DNA of 64,000 nucleotides from Pseudomonadota bacterium (GCA_040386195.1 JAZKFV010000012.1:64342-128341), one strand, 5' to 3'. Shown: positions 31,860-40,820, counted from the first letter of the stretch. The notes: generated from the letters alone by a model not told the origin. Translations and numbers: made by a program.

Positions 31860-32832
31860 AAATCAAACGCTAATTAAATCATTTTTAGAGGTTCTAATTA
31901 GTGAAAATGGTTTGTCCAAAAACACCATCTCTTCTTATCGCAATGATCTGGAATTATTTCTAAAATTTTTGATCACTCAGCGCAAAAATTTTCTTCAAGT
32001 TGACGAAACTATTTTTAAATCATATCTTTCAGAGCTATATAAACAGGGCATAAAACCTTCTAGCTTGAATCGCAAAATTTCTACTACTAAAAGTTTTTTC
32101 AAATTTTTAGCAGATGAAGGAATTAAAAAAGAAAACCCAACTGTCAATATTGATCAGGTTAAAAATAATCCCAAACTTCCTAAATATTTGAGCGAAAAAG
32201 AAGTTTTTTTGCTGCTTGATTCGGTGCAAAAAGATAACACTCATTTTGGCATTCGCCTTTCTTGTATGTTGGAAATTCTTTATGCGGCAGGTTTGCGGGT
32301 TTCAGAATTAGTGTGTTTGCCAATTTCGGCGATTGGAAAAAATTTTAATGATGGAAAAATTGTTTTTAAAAATTATTTAATTGTCAGCGGCAAAGGCAAT
32401 AAAGAGCGCATTGCGCCTTTGAATAAAACCTCGCTGAAGATTTTAGAAAAATATTTAAAAATCAGAGAAGAGATGGGTCATCAAAATTCTAAATGGTTAT
32501 TTTGTGGTAAAATTAGAATTAATAAAGATGTTGACCAAATCAGCAAAGCTATGAATCGCAAGGGAATAGACGAGCATTTGACCAGGCAAAGATTTCATCA
32601 AATGCTCAAAGAATTAGCCAGACAAGTTGGCATTGACGAAAGAAAAGTTTCGCCGCATATAATTCGCCATTCATTTGCTTCGCACCTTTTAAATCAGGGC
32701 GTTGATTTAAGAATTTTGCAAGAATTATTAGGACATAGCGATATTTCCACTACCCAAATTTATACTCACATTCTCGATTCCAAACTCAAAGATTTGGTTT
32801 ATAAATATCATCCTTTAGCACAAACATTATGA
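31840..32832 (+). CDS. xerD: Site-specific tyrosine recombinase XerD
   Basis: The ORF track starts at 31789, but the ATG at 31840 (MSVIINENQTLIKSFLEVL) is more plausible. The catalytic region is RHSFASHLLNQGVDLRILQELLGHSDISTTQIYTH, and the HSD.STTQIYTH form is XerD-like. Confidence 0.9.
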   Translation: MSVIINENQTLIKSFLEVLISENGLSKNTISSYRNDLELFLKFLITQRKNFLQVDETIFKSYLSELYKQGIKPSSLNRKISTTKSFFKFLADEGIKKENPTVNIDQVKNNPKLPKYLSEKEVFLLLDSVQKDNTHFGIRLSCMLEILYAAGLRVSELVCLPISAIGKNFNDGKIVFKNYLIVSGKGNKERIAPLNKTSLKILEKYLKIREEMGHQNSKWLFCGKIRINKDVDQISKAMNRKGIDEHLTRQRFHQMLKELARQVGIDERKVSPHIIRHSFASHLLNQGVDLRILQELLGHSDISTTQIYTHILDSKLKDLVYKYHPLAQTL

Positions 32833-33263
32833 GCGATATAATTGAAATTTACACCGACGGCGCTTGCTCAGGAAACCCCGGAAAAGGCGGTTGGGGCGCG
32901 GTTTTGCTTTATCGTGAACATAAGAAAGAAATTTCCGGATTTCAGCCGGAGACTACCAACAATCAGATGGAATTAATGGCGGTGATTGAAGCCTTGAAGA
33001 TCGTTAAAAAATCATTACAAATTATTATTCACACCGACAGCAAATATGTTCAAGACGGAATTACAAAATGGATTTTGAACTGGAAAAAGAACGGCTGGAA
33101 AACCGCCAAAAAACAACCGGTAAAAAATGATCAACTGTGGAAAGAGCTTGATTCATTGGTTGCCGAGCATCAAATTATTTGGAAATGGGTGAAAGGACAT
33201 AGCGGCAATAAATATAACGACATTGCCGATCAGCTGGCGGTGGATGCGATTAAAAACCATTAG
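32829..33263 (+). CDS. rnhA: Ribonuclease HI
   Basis: 144-aa ORF with IEIYTDGACSGNPGKGGWGAVL, NNQMELMA, HTDSKYV, and WVKGHSGN..ND.AD. Confidence 0.9.
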   Translation: MSDIIEIYTDGACSGNPGKGGWGAVLLYREHKKEISGFQPETTNNQMELMAVIEALKIVKKSLQIIIHTDSKYVQDGITKWILNWKKNGWKTAKKQPVKNDQLWKELDSLVAEHQIIWKWVKGHSGNKYNDIADQLAVDAIKNH

Positions 33264-33666
33264 AAATAATTACAATTGCCTGAGCAATATCTTTGGTGTC
33301 GCTCATTGATAAATCAATTTTAAAATTATTTTGATTCAAATGTTTTTGTAAAAATTGTTTAGCGATGGTGGTTAATTTTATTTTTGGTTTGCCGCTTGCA
33401 TCGTTAATAATTTCAATATCAGTAAAATTTATCCCGCGCCCAATGCCCAGCCCAATTGCTTTGGAGAAGGCTTCTTTGGCAGCAAATCTTTTGGCATAAT
33501 AACTAGTTTTAATCGCCAAATTTCCCTTTGCCAAATTTCCTTTTGAATTAGCAATTAAAATTTCTCCAGAAGTAAAAACTCGCTTCTCAAATCTATCTCC
33601 AAAACACTGCAAAGACTCACCAATTCTACCAATCTCAACAATATCAATTCCAATTCCAATGATCAT
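33250..33666 (-). CDS. acpS: Holo-[acyl-carrier-protein] synthase
   Basis: 138-aa ORF starting MIIGIGIDIVEIGRI, with FAAKEAFSKA further in. Confidence 0.9.
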   Translation of the reverse strand: MIIGIGIDIVEIGRIGESLQCFGDRFEKRVFTSGEILIANSKGNLAKGNLAIKTSYYAKRFAAKEAFSKAIGLGIGRGINFTDIEIINDASGKPKIKLTTIAKQFLQKHLNQNNFKIDLSMSDTKDIAQAIVIISNGF

Positions 33667-33698
33667 TTATAAAATCTTGTTATATTTGTAAAAAATTC

Positions 33699-33726
33699 TT
33701 GCCAGAAAAATATTTTATTAGATAAT
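33699..33726 (+). promoter_or_regulatory. Sigma70-like promoter candidate (TTGCCA, 16 nt spacer, GATAAT) facing the GC-rich structured element
   Basis: TTGCCA lies at 33699-33704 and GATAAT at 21-26, read directly. AT-rich DNA yields many chance -10-like hexamers, so confidence is low. Confidence 0.3.
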
Positions 33727-33733
33727 AATTTAG

Positions 33734-33818
33734 TCGGGCGTTGTGTGAATACAATAGCCTTTACGGTAAATAAACACAACACGCCGGGTTTGCGTGGTGG
33801 TGGCGCCCGGTATTTTAA
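33734..33818 (+). ncRNA. Candidate small structured RNA of unknown family (alternatively a bidirectional terminator/insulator)
   Basis: This is a GC-rich island in an AT-rich spacer. Hairpin 1 pairs GGGCGTTGTGTG (33736-47) with CACAACACGCC (33775-85) across a 2-nt internal mismatch. Hairpin 2 pairs CCGGG (33784-88) with CCCGG (33806-10) and is followed by TATTTTAAT. No protein-coding potential beyond a spurious 68-aa ORF. Confidence 0.3.
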
Positions 33819-33839
33819 TCTATCAAAACCAACTCAATT

Positions 33840-34106
33840 CTATTTTCTTCTCAACAAATCCCGAGTTTTTAAAGCCAGAATTATTCCAGATAAAATAATC
33901 ACTAAAATATTCTTCAAAATAATCGGCAAACTGCTGAGCATCAACCCATAAATCAGCCAGCAAATTACACTCAACATTGACAACAAATACATCCAAAAAG
34001 AAATTGCGTGAGTGTCTTTGGTTTGAATAACCCTGATTGCCTGAGGAACAAAACAAATAGCGCTTAATATTGCGGCGATATAGCCGACTATTTCAACTGT
34101 AGGCAT
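33840..34106 (-). CDS. SemiSWEET / PQ-loop family small transporter
   Basis: 88-aa, 3-TM ORF with the PQ motif in ICFVPQAIRVIQTKDTHAISF. Size and topology are typical of bacterial SemiSWEETs. Confidence 0.7.
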   Translation of the reverse strand: MPTVEIVGYIAAILSAICFVPQAIRVIQTKDTHAISFWMYLLSMLSVICWLIYGLMLSSLPIILKNILVIILSGIILALKTRDLLRRK

Positions 34107-34120
34107 TGGTCATAATAAAG

Positions 34121-35272
34121 TTAGTGAGATAGATAATCTGTGGATCTATTTTTTGATGATTCTTTGTTTTTATCTGGGGACAGCCATTCACCATTATTTT
34201 TATCTACTATTAATAAACGTTTTGAAAATTCTGTAGCAGTTTCCAAAAATCCTTTATCTAATTTTGCGTTAGATTGTATTGCTTGTATAAAGCCCATTCC
34301 CTCTAATGGATGAATGCTTAAACAATCAAATTCCATACCGTGAAATTTGTGATGAGTTTTATTTGGAAAAGATAGTAGTAATACTGAATTTTCTGGAAAA
34401 TCTATTTTTACTTCAGAATCCTGTCTTTGCTCTGGAACTTCTGCAACTCCACAAAAATTCAAAGTCGCTCCCGCTTTTTTGTTTGTGGTAACTATAATTA
34501 AAATTCTATCACCGGGATGATAATGCATATCCGTTGTTTTATCCGGGTCTTCAGCGGCAAAATTCATTAATGTACCACTACTGCGAATTTGAGTTGTTGG
34601 TTTTTGAATTACAGATGTCACTTCTTCATAAAAGTTCTGACTGTGGGGATCGTGAAAAATTTGTGTTTGTATTGCTAAAGATAATTGTTTTGCTTGTTTA
34701 GGAGTTAATTTACAAATTGTACTAATTGAGTATCTTTGTATATTTTCCTCATGATTGCATACTTTGCTTAATTCCATTGTTCTGATTGCTACAACTCGAT
34801 CTGGATTAGTTGAGTTTATGGTAAAAGGAATCAACTCTCCCAATTTTAATACTCCAAAAGATCCTTTGGGAATAGTGATTGTTTTTTTTAAGAGTTCCAT
34901 TGGTGTTTTGGTAGAAGATGGCATAACGCCATAATCGCCATAATGAACCTCAGTTTTTTCTCCCGCCGCAATTATAATACTGCCGATTTTATCATCGGGC
35001 AATCCTATGTCCGGAGAAGACACTTGAAGCACTTCTGGATTTTTCAAATCTAAAACAGTAGATCTGGATTCCTTCCCCTCCAAAGTGCTTGGCAATGCAT
35101 AAAACATATCCATCTCACCACCTGAAATATCCGATCTTAATATTGAATAATAAACTTCTGGGGGAGTTATTAAGTTTCGTACCTTATTTGCAAAGTCCCT
35201 TTGTTGTATGTGATATAATCCAGGACCAAACCTATTAAGAATTTCTTTTAATAATATATTACTACTACGCAT
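34121..35272 (-). CDS. Hypothetical protein with a C-terminal cupin-like fold
   Basis: 383-aa ORF. DMHYHPGDRILIIV and FPNKTHHKFHG resemble cupin motifs 1 and 2. It overlaps the upstream LysR gene by 8 nt. Confidence 0.5.
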   Translation of the reverse strand: MRSSNILLKEILNRFGPGLYHIQQRDFANKVRNLITPPEVYYSILRSDISGGEMDMFYALPSTLEGKESRSTVLDLKNPEVLQVSSPDIGLPDDKIGSIIIAAGEKTEVHYGDYGVMPSSTKTPMELLKKTITIPKGSFGVLKLGELIPFTINSTNPDRVVAIRTMELSKVCNHEENIQRYSISTICKLTPKQAKQLSLAIQTQIFHDPHSQNFYEEVTSVIQKPTTQIRSSGTLMNFAAEDPDKTTDMHYHPGDRILIIVTTNKKAGATLNFCGVAEVPEQRQDSEVKIDFPENSVLLLSFPNKTHHKFHGMEFDCLSIHPLEGMGFIQAIQSNAKLDKGFLETATEFSKRLLIVDKNNGEWLSPDKNKESSKNRSTDYLSH

Positions 35273-36221
35273 TTTCTAATTTTATTTTTTGAGCTTCTAA
35301 TAATTTTTCTGTTTGCAGCATTTTAACAAAATCCTTTGTTAAACCACTGAAAATTTTACCTTTTTTAAATAAAATTCCATAAATCATTTCTGGAAAATAA
35401 TTGGTTAATACTCTTCCCACTAAATCACCATTCTTTTCGCCTTCAAGAACAATATTTGAAATCATCGCTACACCAATATTATTACTAACAAATCTCTTTA
35501 AAATTTCCCAATCAGACATTTCAAATTCTATGCTGGTTCTAAGATTATGTGATTTAATAATTTCTTCAAAGGCTGGCAAAGTAATAAATTTAGGATCAAT
35601 TCTAACCAGCTCATATTTTTTGACATCAGACAAAACTATGTGCTGTTTGCTTGCCAGAGGATGATTTTTTTTTATTAATAAAATTGGCTGATAAGTAACA
35701 ATTGGAATAAATTCTAGCTCCGCAGGCAGATCCGATTTTCCTATCGGATAAATAAAAAAATCAATCTCATCATCAATCAGCCTTTTGATTGCATCATCTT
35801 TAGTTAGATTACGAATTTTAAATTTTACTTCACTGTGAATAGTTTTAAATTTTTCTATATATTTAGGCAATATATAAGAAATACTAACATGATTTGCAGC
35901 CAAGTTTATAGTGGTTGATTTTTTTCTTTCTGCGTGATCAATAAAACTTTTAAATAAGTCGTCAATCCCCTGAATATAAGGAATTGAACACATATAAAGC
36001 ATCTTCCCTTCTTCAGTAATTTTGATTTTCTTTTTATCTCTCTCAAAAAGTTTGGTGTTTAAATCTCGTTCTAAAGATTGAATTTGTAATGTGATTGCTG
36101 ATTGAGTTAAGCCGATTTTTTGTGCGGCTTTAGATATGCTGCCGGTTTGGACGGTGTGATAGAAGCCTTTTAGCTGCTGGAGGCGATTGTGTTTATAGTA
36201 AAATTGTTTGGGTAATTGCAT
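35265..36221 (-). CDS. LysR-family transcriptional regulator
   Basis: 318-aa ORF with the N-terminal wHTH LQQLKGFYHTVQTGSISKAAQKIGLTQSAITLQIQSLERDL and a LysR substrate-binding-length C-terminus. Confidence 0.9.
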   Translation of the reverse strand: MQLPKQFYYKHNRLQQLKGFYHTVQTGSISKAAQKIGLTQSAITLQIQSLERDLNTKLFERDKKKIKITEEGKMLYMCSIPYIQGIDDLFKSFIDHAERKKSTTINLAANHVSISYILPKYIEKFKTIHSEVKFKIRNLTKDDAIKRLIDDEIDFFIYPIGKSDLPAELEFIPIVTYQPILLIKKNHPLASKQHIVLSDVKKYELVRIDPKFITLPAFEEIIKSHNLRTSIEFEMSDWEILKRFVSNNIGVAMISNIVLEGEKNGDLVGRVLTNYFPEMIYGILFKKGKIFSGLTKDFVKMLQTEKLLEAQKIKLENA

Positions 36222-36335
36222 ATGAGTTAATGTAATATTAGTATTCGTTTAAACGATTATAACTAATTTGATTTCAGTTTCTATTTCAATAATTTGTTTC
36301 AATCCATTTAAATAATAATTCAATAATGTTTCATT

Positions 36336-37070
36336 ATGACTCACAATAACCAATTGTTACTTCCTCAAATCACCCACGACCTACGCAACTACATAGGCGG
36401 CATCTCCGGTCTAGCCAATATCGCCCTAGAAAATCTTATCACCTACATAAAAAAACAAGAAGCCATCGGCATCAAACCCGATGCCAATCTCAAAGAAATC
36501 TCCGAATGTATGGAAATGATTGCTCCTTATTCCAATGAAGCTCTTTGTTATGTCGAAGACCTACTCAACAACTCTCAAATGCAATCAGGAAAATTTAGCT
36601 TAGGAAAATTAGAGGAGTGTGATGTGGGTGAATTAGTCAAAGAATTATTAGCATTCAATCAAAGCTTTATATCCGATCATCAAATTACTTTTGAAGTGAA
36701 CATCGCAGAAAATCTTCCTAAATTAAAAACTGACATTCTAAGACTCAAACAAATCCTTATCAACCTGATCACCAACGCCGTTAAATATAGCCCCAAAGGC
36801 AATAAAGTAGAAATCACAATTAGTCAAAATTACAATTCTCAAATTCAAATCATTATCAAAGATTCTGGCATTGGTATGACCAAACAAGAAATCCAAATGG
36901 CGTTGAACGGCTATGGAAAAAATATTGATAAATCAAATCTAAATAAACCAATTGATTCTCACGGTCTTGGAATGCCAATTGTTAAACAATTATGTGAATT
37001 ACTGAGAGCGCAAATGACAATTGAGTCTGAGAAAAATAAAGGAACAAAAGTGACAATTTGTTTTTCTTGA
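36336..37070 (+). CDS. Soluble sensor-less histidine kinase (HisKA + HATPase_c only)
   Basis: 244-aa ORF with the H-box ITHDLRNYIGGISGLANI, N-box LINLITNAVKYS, G1 DSGIGM and G2 GLGMPIV. It has no TM or sensor domain, and no response regulator is adjacent. Confidence 0.8.
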   Translation: MTHNNQLLLPQITHDLRNYIGGISGLANIALENLITYIKKQEAIGIKPDANLKEISECMEMIAPYSNEALCYVEDLLNNSQMQSGKFSLGKLEECDVGELVKELLAFNQSFISDHQITFEVNIAENLPKLKTDILRLKQILINLITNAVKYSPKGNKVEITISQNYNSQIQIIIKDSGIGMTKQEIQMALNGYGKNIDKSNLNKPIDSHGLGMPIVKQLCELLRAQMTIESEKNKGTKVTICFS

Positions 37071-37075
37071 TTTTA

Positions 37076-37119
37076 TTTTTTTAATTACCGTCGGTTTCAA
37101 CCGAGGGTAATTAAAAAAA
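37076..37119. repeat. Long near-perfect palindromic hairpin (T7-ATTACCGTCGG / CCGAGGGTAAT-A7) just after the histidine-kinase stop
   Basis: Hand pairing of 37076-37094 with 37101-37119 gives about 18 bp with one G-G mismatch and a 6-nt loop. Confidence 0.6.
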
Positions 37120-37206
37120 CAAGATCAAAAAATTTGTCAATTGATGCATTACGTTTGATGTAATTAAGAACACCATTACCTCACCACGAAAAATTCTGGC
37201 GGGAAG

Positions 37207-37258
37207 GGCAATTCGGATAGTTACCACATATCTGAATTGCCGTTTTTATTTATTTTTT
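37207..37258 (+). terminator. Rho-independent terminator (plus strand)
   Basis: GGCAATTCGGATA (37207-19) pairs with TATCTGAATTGCC (37229-41) in a 13-bp stem including one G-U. It is followed by GTTTTTATTTATTTTTT. The element overlaps the 3' end of the convergent exonuclease gene. Confidence 0.6.
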
Positions 37259-38106
37259 GAATTTGATTTTAACCAACCATCTAAAAACTCTTGCAAATGC
37301 GGGCGCTCCTCGCCTTCGCTGGCAAGATAATTTGCTAAATCTTCTTGTGCTTGCATAAAATTTTCGGTGCTTAAAGTGCCGATATGGTGCTGATAATGTA
37401 GATAAAGCAAATAGGTGTTGGCAACATCGGTTTCGCAATAATCGCGAATTTCTTTTAATTTGCCGGCATCGTAATAATCGCAAACCATTGAGCCATCGAT
37501 CCCAAGTTTTCCGGGTAAACCAAAAACGGCGCAAAGTTCATTCATTTTTACTCGCGCCGAAGCGCCAAAATCTGAGAAGGCATCAACTAAATCACAATGC
37601 CAATCTAGAGAATATTTTTGATTATAATTATTCCATTTATCACCCATTTTATAAAGCCAAGCGGCGGTGATTCCATATTTGATGGCGCGATATTTTAGAA
37701 CCGGCAAATCAAAATTTTTGCCGTTAAAACTAACAATTCTGGGTGGTTGTTTTTTCATATAAGAAAAAAATCCTTTCACTAATTCTTCTTCATTTGAATC
37801 AATATTTCCGCCACTTCTAATTTCATTTAAAACATATCTTTCCGTTCCATCGCCATCACGAATTATATCGGCTTGCAAAAAGCTAATCGCCACCACTTTT
37901 TGAAAAGGTTGGCGCAAAAAACTATTTTTGCCATCAGTGATTTTTAAATGATAATCAATCAAAGCTTGGCGACACTGGGCCTTGTTTTTGCCTTCTAAAT
38001 CAAGCAAATTTTTTGCGGCGTCAATATCGGGAATGGTTTCAATATCAAAAACAAATAAAGAATTGTGTTGCATAAATTCTGTGATCTTTAAAAATTGAAA
38101 ATTCAA
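37246..38106 (-). CDS. Predicted 3'-5' exonuclease related to the exonuclease domain of family-B DNA polymerases
   Basis: 286-aa ORF with the ExoI-like FVFDIETIPD, then VSFNGKNFDLPVL and CETDVANTYLLY. I recall this as the COG3298-type family. Confidence 0.7.
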   Translation of the reverse strand: MNFQFLKITEFMQHNSLFVFDIETIPDIDAAKNLLDLEGKNKAQCRQALIDYHLKITDGKNSFLRQPFQKVVAISFLQADIIRDGDGTERYVLNEIRSGGNIDSNEEELVKGFFSYMKKQPPRIVSFNGKNFDLPVLKYRAIKYGITAAWLYKMGDKWNNYNQKYSLDWHCDLVDAFSDFGASARVKMNELCAVFGLPGKLGIDGSMVCDYYDAGKLKEIRDYCETDVANTYLLYLHYQHHIGTLSTENFMQAQEDLANYLASEGEERPHLQEFLDGWLKSNSKNK

Positions 38107-38138
38107 TAATTATTCAATTAAAAACAAAAAATTTAGTT

Positions 38139-39107
38139 ATGAAAGCATTTTTAATCAGCAAACCTGGATCACACAATAATTTAGAATTAAAAACTATCGA
38201 AGATCCAAAACCCCAGAGAGATCAAGTTGTAATTAGGCATACCGCGATTGGCATTAATCATTTTGATATTTGCTTTAGAAATGGCGCTTATAAATTAAGC
38301 CAAACCCCTGCCATTCTTGGGCTTGAAGCTTGCGGAATTATTGAGGAAGTAGGCAAAGATGTAACTGATTATAAAGTTGGTGAGCGCGTTGCTTATGCCA
38401 CCGGAGCAATTGGCGCCTACTCAGAGAGAAGGGCAGTGAAACAAAATTATTTAGTTGTGCCTCCACAAGGTTTAACCGACGAACAAGTTGCCGGATCACT
38501 TTTAAAAGGAATGATGGCGCATACTTTATTATTCAGAGTTTATTTGGCTGGGCGGGTGAAAAGAATTTTAATTCATTCGGCAGCTGGCGGAGTTGGGCAT
38601 TTTTTGTGTCAGTGGGCAAAACATTTAGGAATTGAAGTAATCGGAACAGTTGGCAGCGATGCTAAAATAGCAATTGCTAAATCTTTTGGCTGTGATCATG
38701 TCATTAATTATAGCAGCAAAGATTTTTTAGTTGAGTTAGATGCGATCACCAAAGGCGAGGGCGTTGGCATTGTTTATGATGGCGTTGGCAAAGATACAAT
38801 TTTAAAATCAATTGATTGTTTGTGGCCAATGGGAATGTGTGTTAGCTACGGCGAAGCCAGTGGCGCCACTCCGCCAATTGATTTAAATGCTTTATTGCTA
38901 AATTCTCTTTACATCACCCGCCCAACTTTGGCGCTTTATAAAGCTAAAAGAATTGAATTGGTTTTATCCGCCAATGAAGTGTTCAACGCAGTTGAGCGTG
39001 GAATTTTAAAACCCAATATTACGACTTATCAATTTAACGATATTCCAAAAGCGCATTTGGATTTAGAAAGTAGAAAAACCACCGGAGCTTTGGTTATCAA
39101 GGTTTAG
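38139..39107 (+). CDS. qor: NADPH:quinone oxidoreductase (zeta-crystallin / MDR family)
   Basis: 322-aa ORF with the nucleotide-binding motif HSAAGGVGHFLCQWAK and an MDR N-terminal GroES-like region. Confidence 0.8.
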   Translation: MKAFLISKPGSHNNLELKTIEDPKPQRDQVVIRHTAIGINHFDICFRNGAYKLSQTPAILGLEACGIIEEVGKDVTDYKVGERVAYATGAIGAYSERRAVKQNYLVVPPQGLTDEQVAGSLLKGMMAHTLLFRVYLAGRVKRILIHSAAGGVGHFLCQWAKHLGIEVIGTVGSDAKIAIAKSFGCDHVINYSSKDFLVELDAITKGEGVGIVYDGVGKDTILKSIDCLWPMGMCVSYGEASGATPPIDLNALLLNSLYITRPTLALYKAKRIELVLSANEVFNAVERGILKPNITTYQFNDIPKAHLDLESRKTTGALVIKV

Positions 39108-40096
39108 TAATGTTGCCAACCATATTGTAAAATCTTCACCTCTCCACCATTTTTATCTAAAAGACAAACTTTTGGTTTATCTTGAGGTTTTTGTAAATAA
39201 CCAACGCAAGTAAGTTTCACGCCAATTTTTTTAGCTAAATTCACAATCTTTTGCCGATCTTTTTTGTTCACACAAAAAATCAATTCATAATCATCGCCGC
39301 CAGATAAAAGCTGATTCAAGCTAATATTTTTACCAAGACAAGATCGTGCTGCCGCTGATAATGGAATTGCGCTTTGATTGATAATTGCATCAAGATTTGC
39401 AGCTTGGCAAATATGTTTTAAATCCGCCAAAAATCCGTCGGAAATATCAATTGCTGATTGGCAATTTTGTTTGATAAGTTCGATTCCAAGCCTGATTCTT
39501 GGGCTTGGTTGCAAGTGACGATTAGTTAAATATTTATAATGAGTTTTATTTGGGCAGATAATTTTTTCTTGCAATAATTGCAGACCCAAAAACGCATCAC
39601 CAATATTTCCAGAAACAAAAACCAAATCTCCAGCTTTTGCTTTACTGCGTTTCAAAGATTTTCCTTTAGCAACTTCGCCAAAAATTGTTAGGCTAAAACA
39701 TAATTTGTTTTCAGTTCTAATGCTGTCGCCACCAATTAAAACAATACCAAATTCATCGCTGACATCTTTTAAAGCGCGGCAAAATTCTTTAACAAAATTT
39801 TCATCCAAATCAATATTTTGCGAAAAACCCAGCAGATAATATAATGGCTTGGCGCCAGATGCGGCAAGGTCGGAAAGGTTGGTTTTAAGAAGTTTGCTGG
39901 CAATGTTATAAGCGCCGTCAGATTTTTTAAAATGAATATCTTCCGCCATCAAATCTTTACTAATCACTAATTCTTTTTTGGGAGAAAGAGAAATTAGCGC
40001 AACATCATCTTGCAGGGCATTTGATGCTTTGCAGCCTTTGGTTAGAGGTAAAAAATATTTTTTTATAATATCGAATTCACAGTTCATAGCTAGCAA
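39104..40096 (-). CDS. thiL: Thiamine-monophosphate kinase
   Basis: 330-aa ORF with EFDIIKKYF, DDVALI, EDIHF, and the AIR-synthase-like fold motif GGDDYELIF. An alternative ATG lies at 40087. Confidence 0.85.
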   Translation of the reverse strand: MLAMNCEFDIIKKYFLPLTKGCKASNALQDDVALISLSPKKELVISKDLMAEDIHFKKSDGAYNIASKLLKTNLSDLAASGAKPLYYLLGFSQNIDLDENFVKEFCRALKDVSDEFGIVLIGGDSIRTENKLCFSLTIFGEVAKGKSLKRSKAKAGDLVFVSGNIGDAFLGLQLLQEKIICPNKTHYKYLTNRHLQPSPRIRLGIELIKQNCQSAIDISDGFLADLKHICQAANLDAIINQSAIPLSAAARSCLGKNISLNQLLSGGDDYELIFCVNKKDRQKIVNLAKKIGVKLTCVGYLQKPQDKPKVCLLDKNGGEVKILQYGWQHY

Positions 40097-40820
40097 TCAC
40101 GCCGTTGGAAATATATTTATTCATCAAAGATCCAATATCAAAATTCGGATATTTTTTGTTTAAATTTTGATAAATTTGGTAAAGATTTTCGCCTTTTTTA
40201 ATTTGTTTTAAAAACAAAAACTCAGCCTGCGAAAGCTCTGATATATTGGTTTGCCACTTTGCTCTTTCAACTAAAATCCAATTTTTTTTCAAGTGAATTT
40301 TTGCATCAGAAGATTTCCAAATATTATAAATTGAATAATTGCAAGCCAATAAATAACAGGATGGATGCAGTTTAAATTTAACTTTAAACAAATCTTTTTC
40401 TTTTAATTTCTGAAATTTCTCCAAAGCAAAATCAGCAACATCTTGAGCAAAATAAGCAAAATGATATTGCCATTCAAGACGAGCTAAATCCTTTAAATAA
40501 AAGAGTTGGTGCTCGCTTTTTAAATCATTAATTAGCTTATAAAAATATTTTCCATATTCATCCAAATTACCACTTTGAGAAAAATATTGCCGATGAAACT
40601 TAGTGCATAAATAACCAAAATATTTATCACCAACCATTTTTTTTGTGGCTGGATAAAGCATTTCCAAAACCGAATCAAAATTGCCAAAAACATTATTGCG
40701 ATAAATTTGTACACGATCTTTAACGGCAACTTTATAATTTTTAATTTCGCCTAAAATTTTATTTTGTTGCGGATTGTAGATTTGATTGGCAAATTGTTTT
40801 TGTAATTCTTTGAGCTTCAT
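40077..40820 (-). CDS. DUF2063-family protein (MNIO partner, BufC/HvfC-like)
   Basis: 247-aa ORF. ATGA overlaps the upstream DUF692 gene by 4 nt. The N-terminus LQKQFANQIYNP..., the size, and the position immediately after DUF692 match the DUF692/DUF2063 pairing known from bufferin and HvfABC operons. Confidence 0.7.
   Translation of the reverse strand: MKLKELQKQFANQIYNPQQNKILGEIKNYKVAVKDRVQIYRNNVFGNFDSVLEMLYPATKKMVGDKYFGYLCTKFHRQYFSQSGNLDEYGKYFYKLINDLKSEHQLFYLKDLARLEWQYHFAYFAQDVADFALEKFQKLKEKDLFKVKFKLHPSCYLLACNYSIYNIWKSSDAKIHLKKNWILVERAKWQTNISELSQAEFLFLKQIKKGENLYQIYQNLNKKYPNFDIGSLMNKYISNGVIASYEL

Noticed and set aside
31840-32832. Interpreting the tyrosine recombinase as a phage or island integrase marking a mobile element
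   Set aside because: The C-terminal catalytic block (LGHSDISTTQIYTH) and the housekeeping neighbours (rnhA, acpS) fit chromosomal XerD. No phage or IS genes are adjacent.
33734-33818. Assigning the GC-rich element to a known RNA family (SRP/4.5S, tRNA-like, 6S, tmRNA)
   Set aside because: It has no cloverleaf, no SRP domain IV GGAA tetraloop or AGCA loop, and the wrong length for 6S, tmRNA or RNase P. It is kept only as an unclassified candidate.
37076-37119. Calling the long palindrome an intrinsic terminator for the histidine-kinase gene
   Set aside because: The T7 and A7 tracts are part of the stem. On either strand the U-tract therefore precedes the hairpin rather than following it, so it does not fit the canonical terminator layout.
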